A stretch of 41,707 bases of DNA from Verrucomicrobiota bacterium (lineage in GTDB: Bacteria; Verrucomicrobiota; Verrucomicrobiia; Limisphaerales; JADLHS01), in NCBI GenBank assembly GCA_025457745.1, contig JALOTT010000013.1:1-41707 (forward strand), in the 5' to 3' direction. Below are positions 41,235 to 41,707 of this stretch, piece by piece. The notes under the pieces are model-generated. The model worked only from the letters and a program-made list of their open reading frames with translations, was not told where the DNA came from and did no database searches. A program made the translations under genes and the position numbers. Every line of letters starts with the position of its first letter. The first letter of the stretch is position 1.

Positions 41235-41707
41235 TGCAGCGCGCGTTGCGGCCGCTGGCGCAAGCCCGTCGGCATTGGAAGCTGGTGGAAACCCGGTCGC
41301 CGCGGCGTCGCGGCCAGCCGTTGCCGGCGCTGCCGTTTGTGTTTCACGGTCCGCGCCATTCCCGTCCGGCCGTGGACAAGCTGCCGCTGGCCGACATCAT
41401 CGCCGTCAACCTCGATCACTACCGGCTCGATGCCGATTACAAGCATGGGATTCATTTCACCGCGTTGCCGACGGCGTGGGTGAGCGGCTTCGACAAGAAT
41501 GCCTCGCTGCGGATTGGCAGCAGCACGGCCTGGGTGACGGAAACGGCGGGTGCGACGGCGGGTTTTCTGGAGTTCACCGGTCAAGGGCTGACGACTTTTG
41601 AGCGGGCGATGGATCGGGATGAACGCCTGATGGCGGTCCTGGGTTCGCGCCTGCTGGCCGAACAGAAAAAGGTCGGCGAGACGGCGGAGACGATTGAACT
41701 GCGGCAA
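41177..41707 (+). pseudogene. internal fragment of a phage portal-like protein (DUF4055-type), lacking its N-terminal half and open to the window end
   Basis: PAVDKLPLADIIAVNLDHYRLDADYKHGIHFTALPTAWVSGFD...LRIGSSTAWV...LEFTGQGLTTFERAMDRDERLMAVLGSRLLAEQKKVGETAETIELRQ matches the recalled portal pattern (PPL.DL..lN.aHYr.sAD.e.g.Hf.g.PT.v.sG ... Ma.lGArll). This frame is not in the supplied ORF track because it has no stop. Confidence 0.5.

Noticed and set aside
40855-41601. 248-aa plus-strand ORF rich in Pro/Arg/Ala. A further minus-strand ORF spans 41045-41707
   Set aside because: Both are off-frame relative to two segments with genuine protein-like sequence (40968-41200 in frame 0, and the portal-like frame from ~41240). 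The composition is that of a GC-rich shadow frame.

Overview
High-GC bacterial chromosomal window of 41.7 kb. Gene content and repeat types look like the PVC group, possibly Verrucomicrobiota, but this is a low-confidence impression. Housekeeping and accessory blocks alternate. From left to right: (1) A partial hypothetical gene, then a vapBC toxin-antitoxin pair flanked by two diverged copies of the argJ 3' end. These sit at the end of a minus-strand block argJ, SAM-methyltransferase, argC, terminator, rpsI, rplM, followed by tRNA-Arg(CCG). (2) A fucosidase cluster: a 5'-truncated GH29 remnant, a tandem double-GH29 protein and a convergent GH29 with a C-terminal beta-sandwich. A decayed sugar-kinase remnant follows. 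(3) A YlbF-like gene, a nucleoside-deoxyribosyltransferase-like hypothetical, an adenylate-kinase-like NTPase, a Cys-rich PAS-like protein, a PLD/HKD protein and cysteine synthase. (4) An accessory island of about 10 kb ending at the 3' end of tRNA-Lys(CTT). It holds a type I R-M operon (hsdR, hsdM, hsdS) interrupted by three passenger genes: two unknown AT-richer ORFs between hsdR and hsdM, and a DUF3800 gene coupled to hsdM. It also holds a sulfatase bracketed by hsdS 3' remnants. (5) A 2-oxoacid dehydrogenase E1alpha/E1beta/E2 operon whose two intercistronic spacers carry heptamer tandem-repeat hairpins. (6) A sensorless phosphorelay pair and a DUF5060/DUF4038-like putative glycosidase. (7) A decayed mobile region: a frameshifted IS1380-like transposase remnant, a D-arm-less tRNA-Ser(GCT) relic, a tyrosine integrase, an AT-rich two-gene cassette (small protein plus retropepsin-like protease with SEC-C tail), an AlpA-like excisionase, a truncated gene and a phage portal fragment. 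Palindromic REP/RPE-like elements are inserted in frame into argJ and the methyltransferase. The best candidates for an undescribed system are the two-gene cassette inside the R-M operon (24148-25268, plus the DUF3800 gene) and the protease/SEC-C pair (39754-40567). All functional calls rest on motif recognition by eye. No database search was run.
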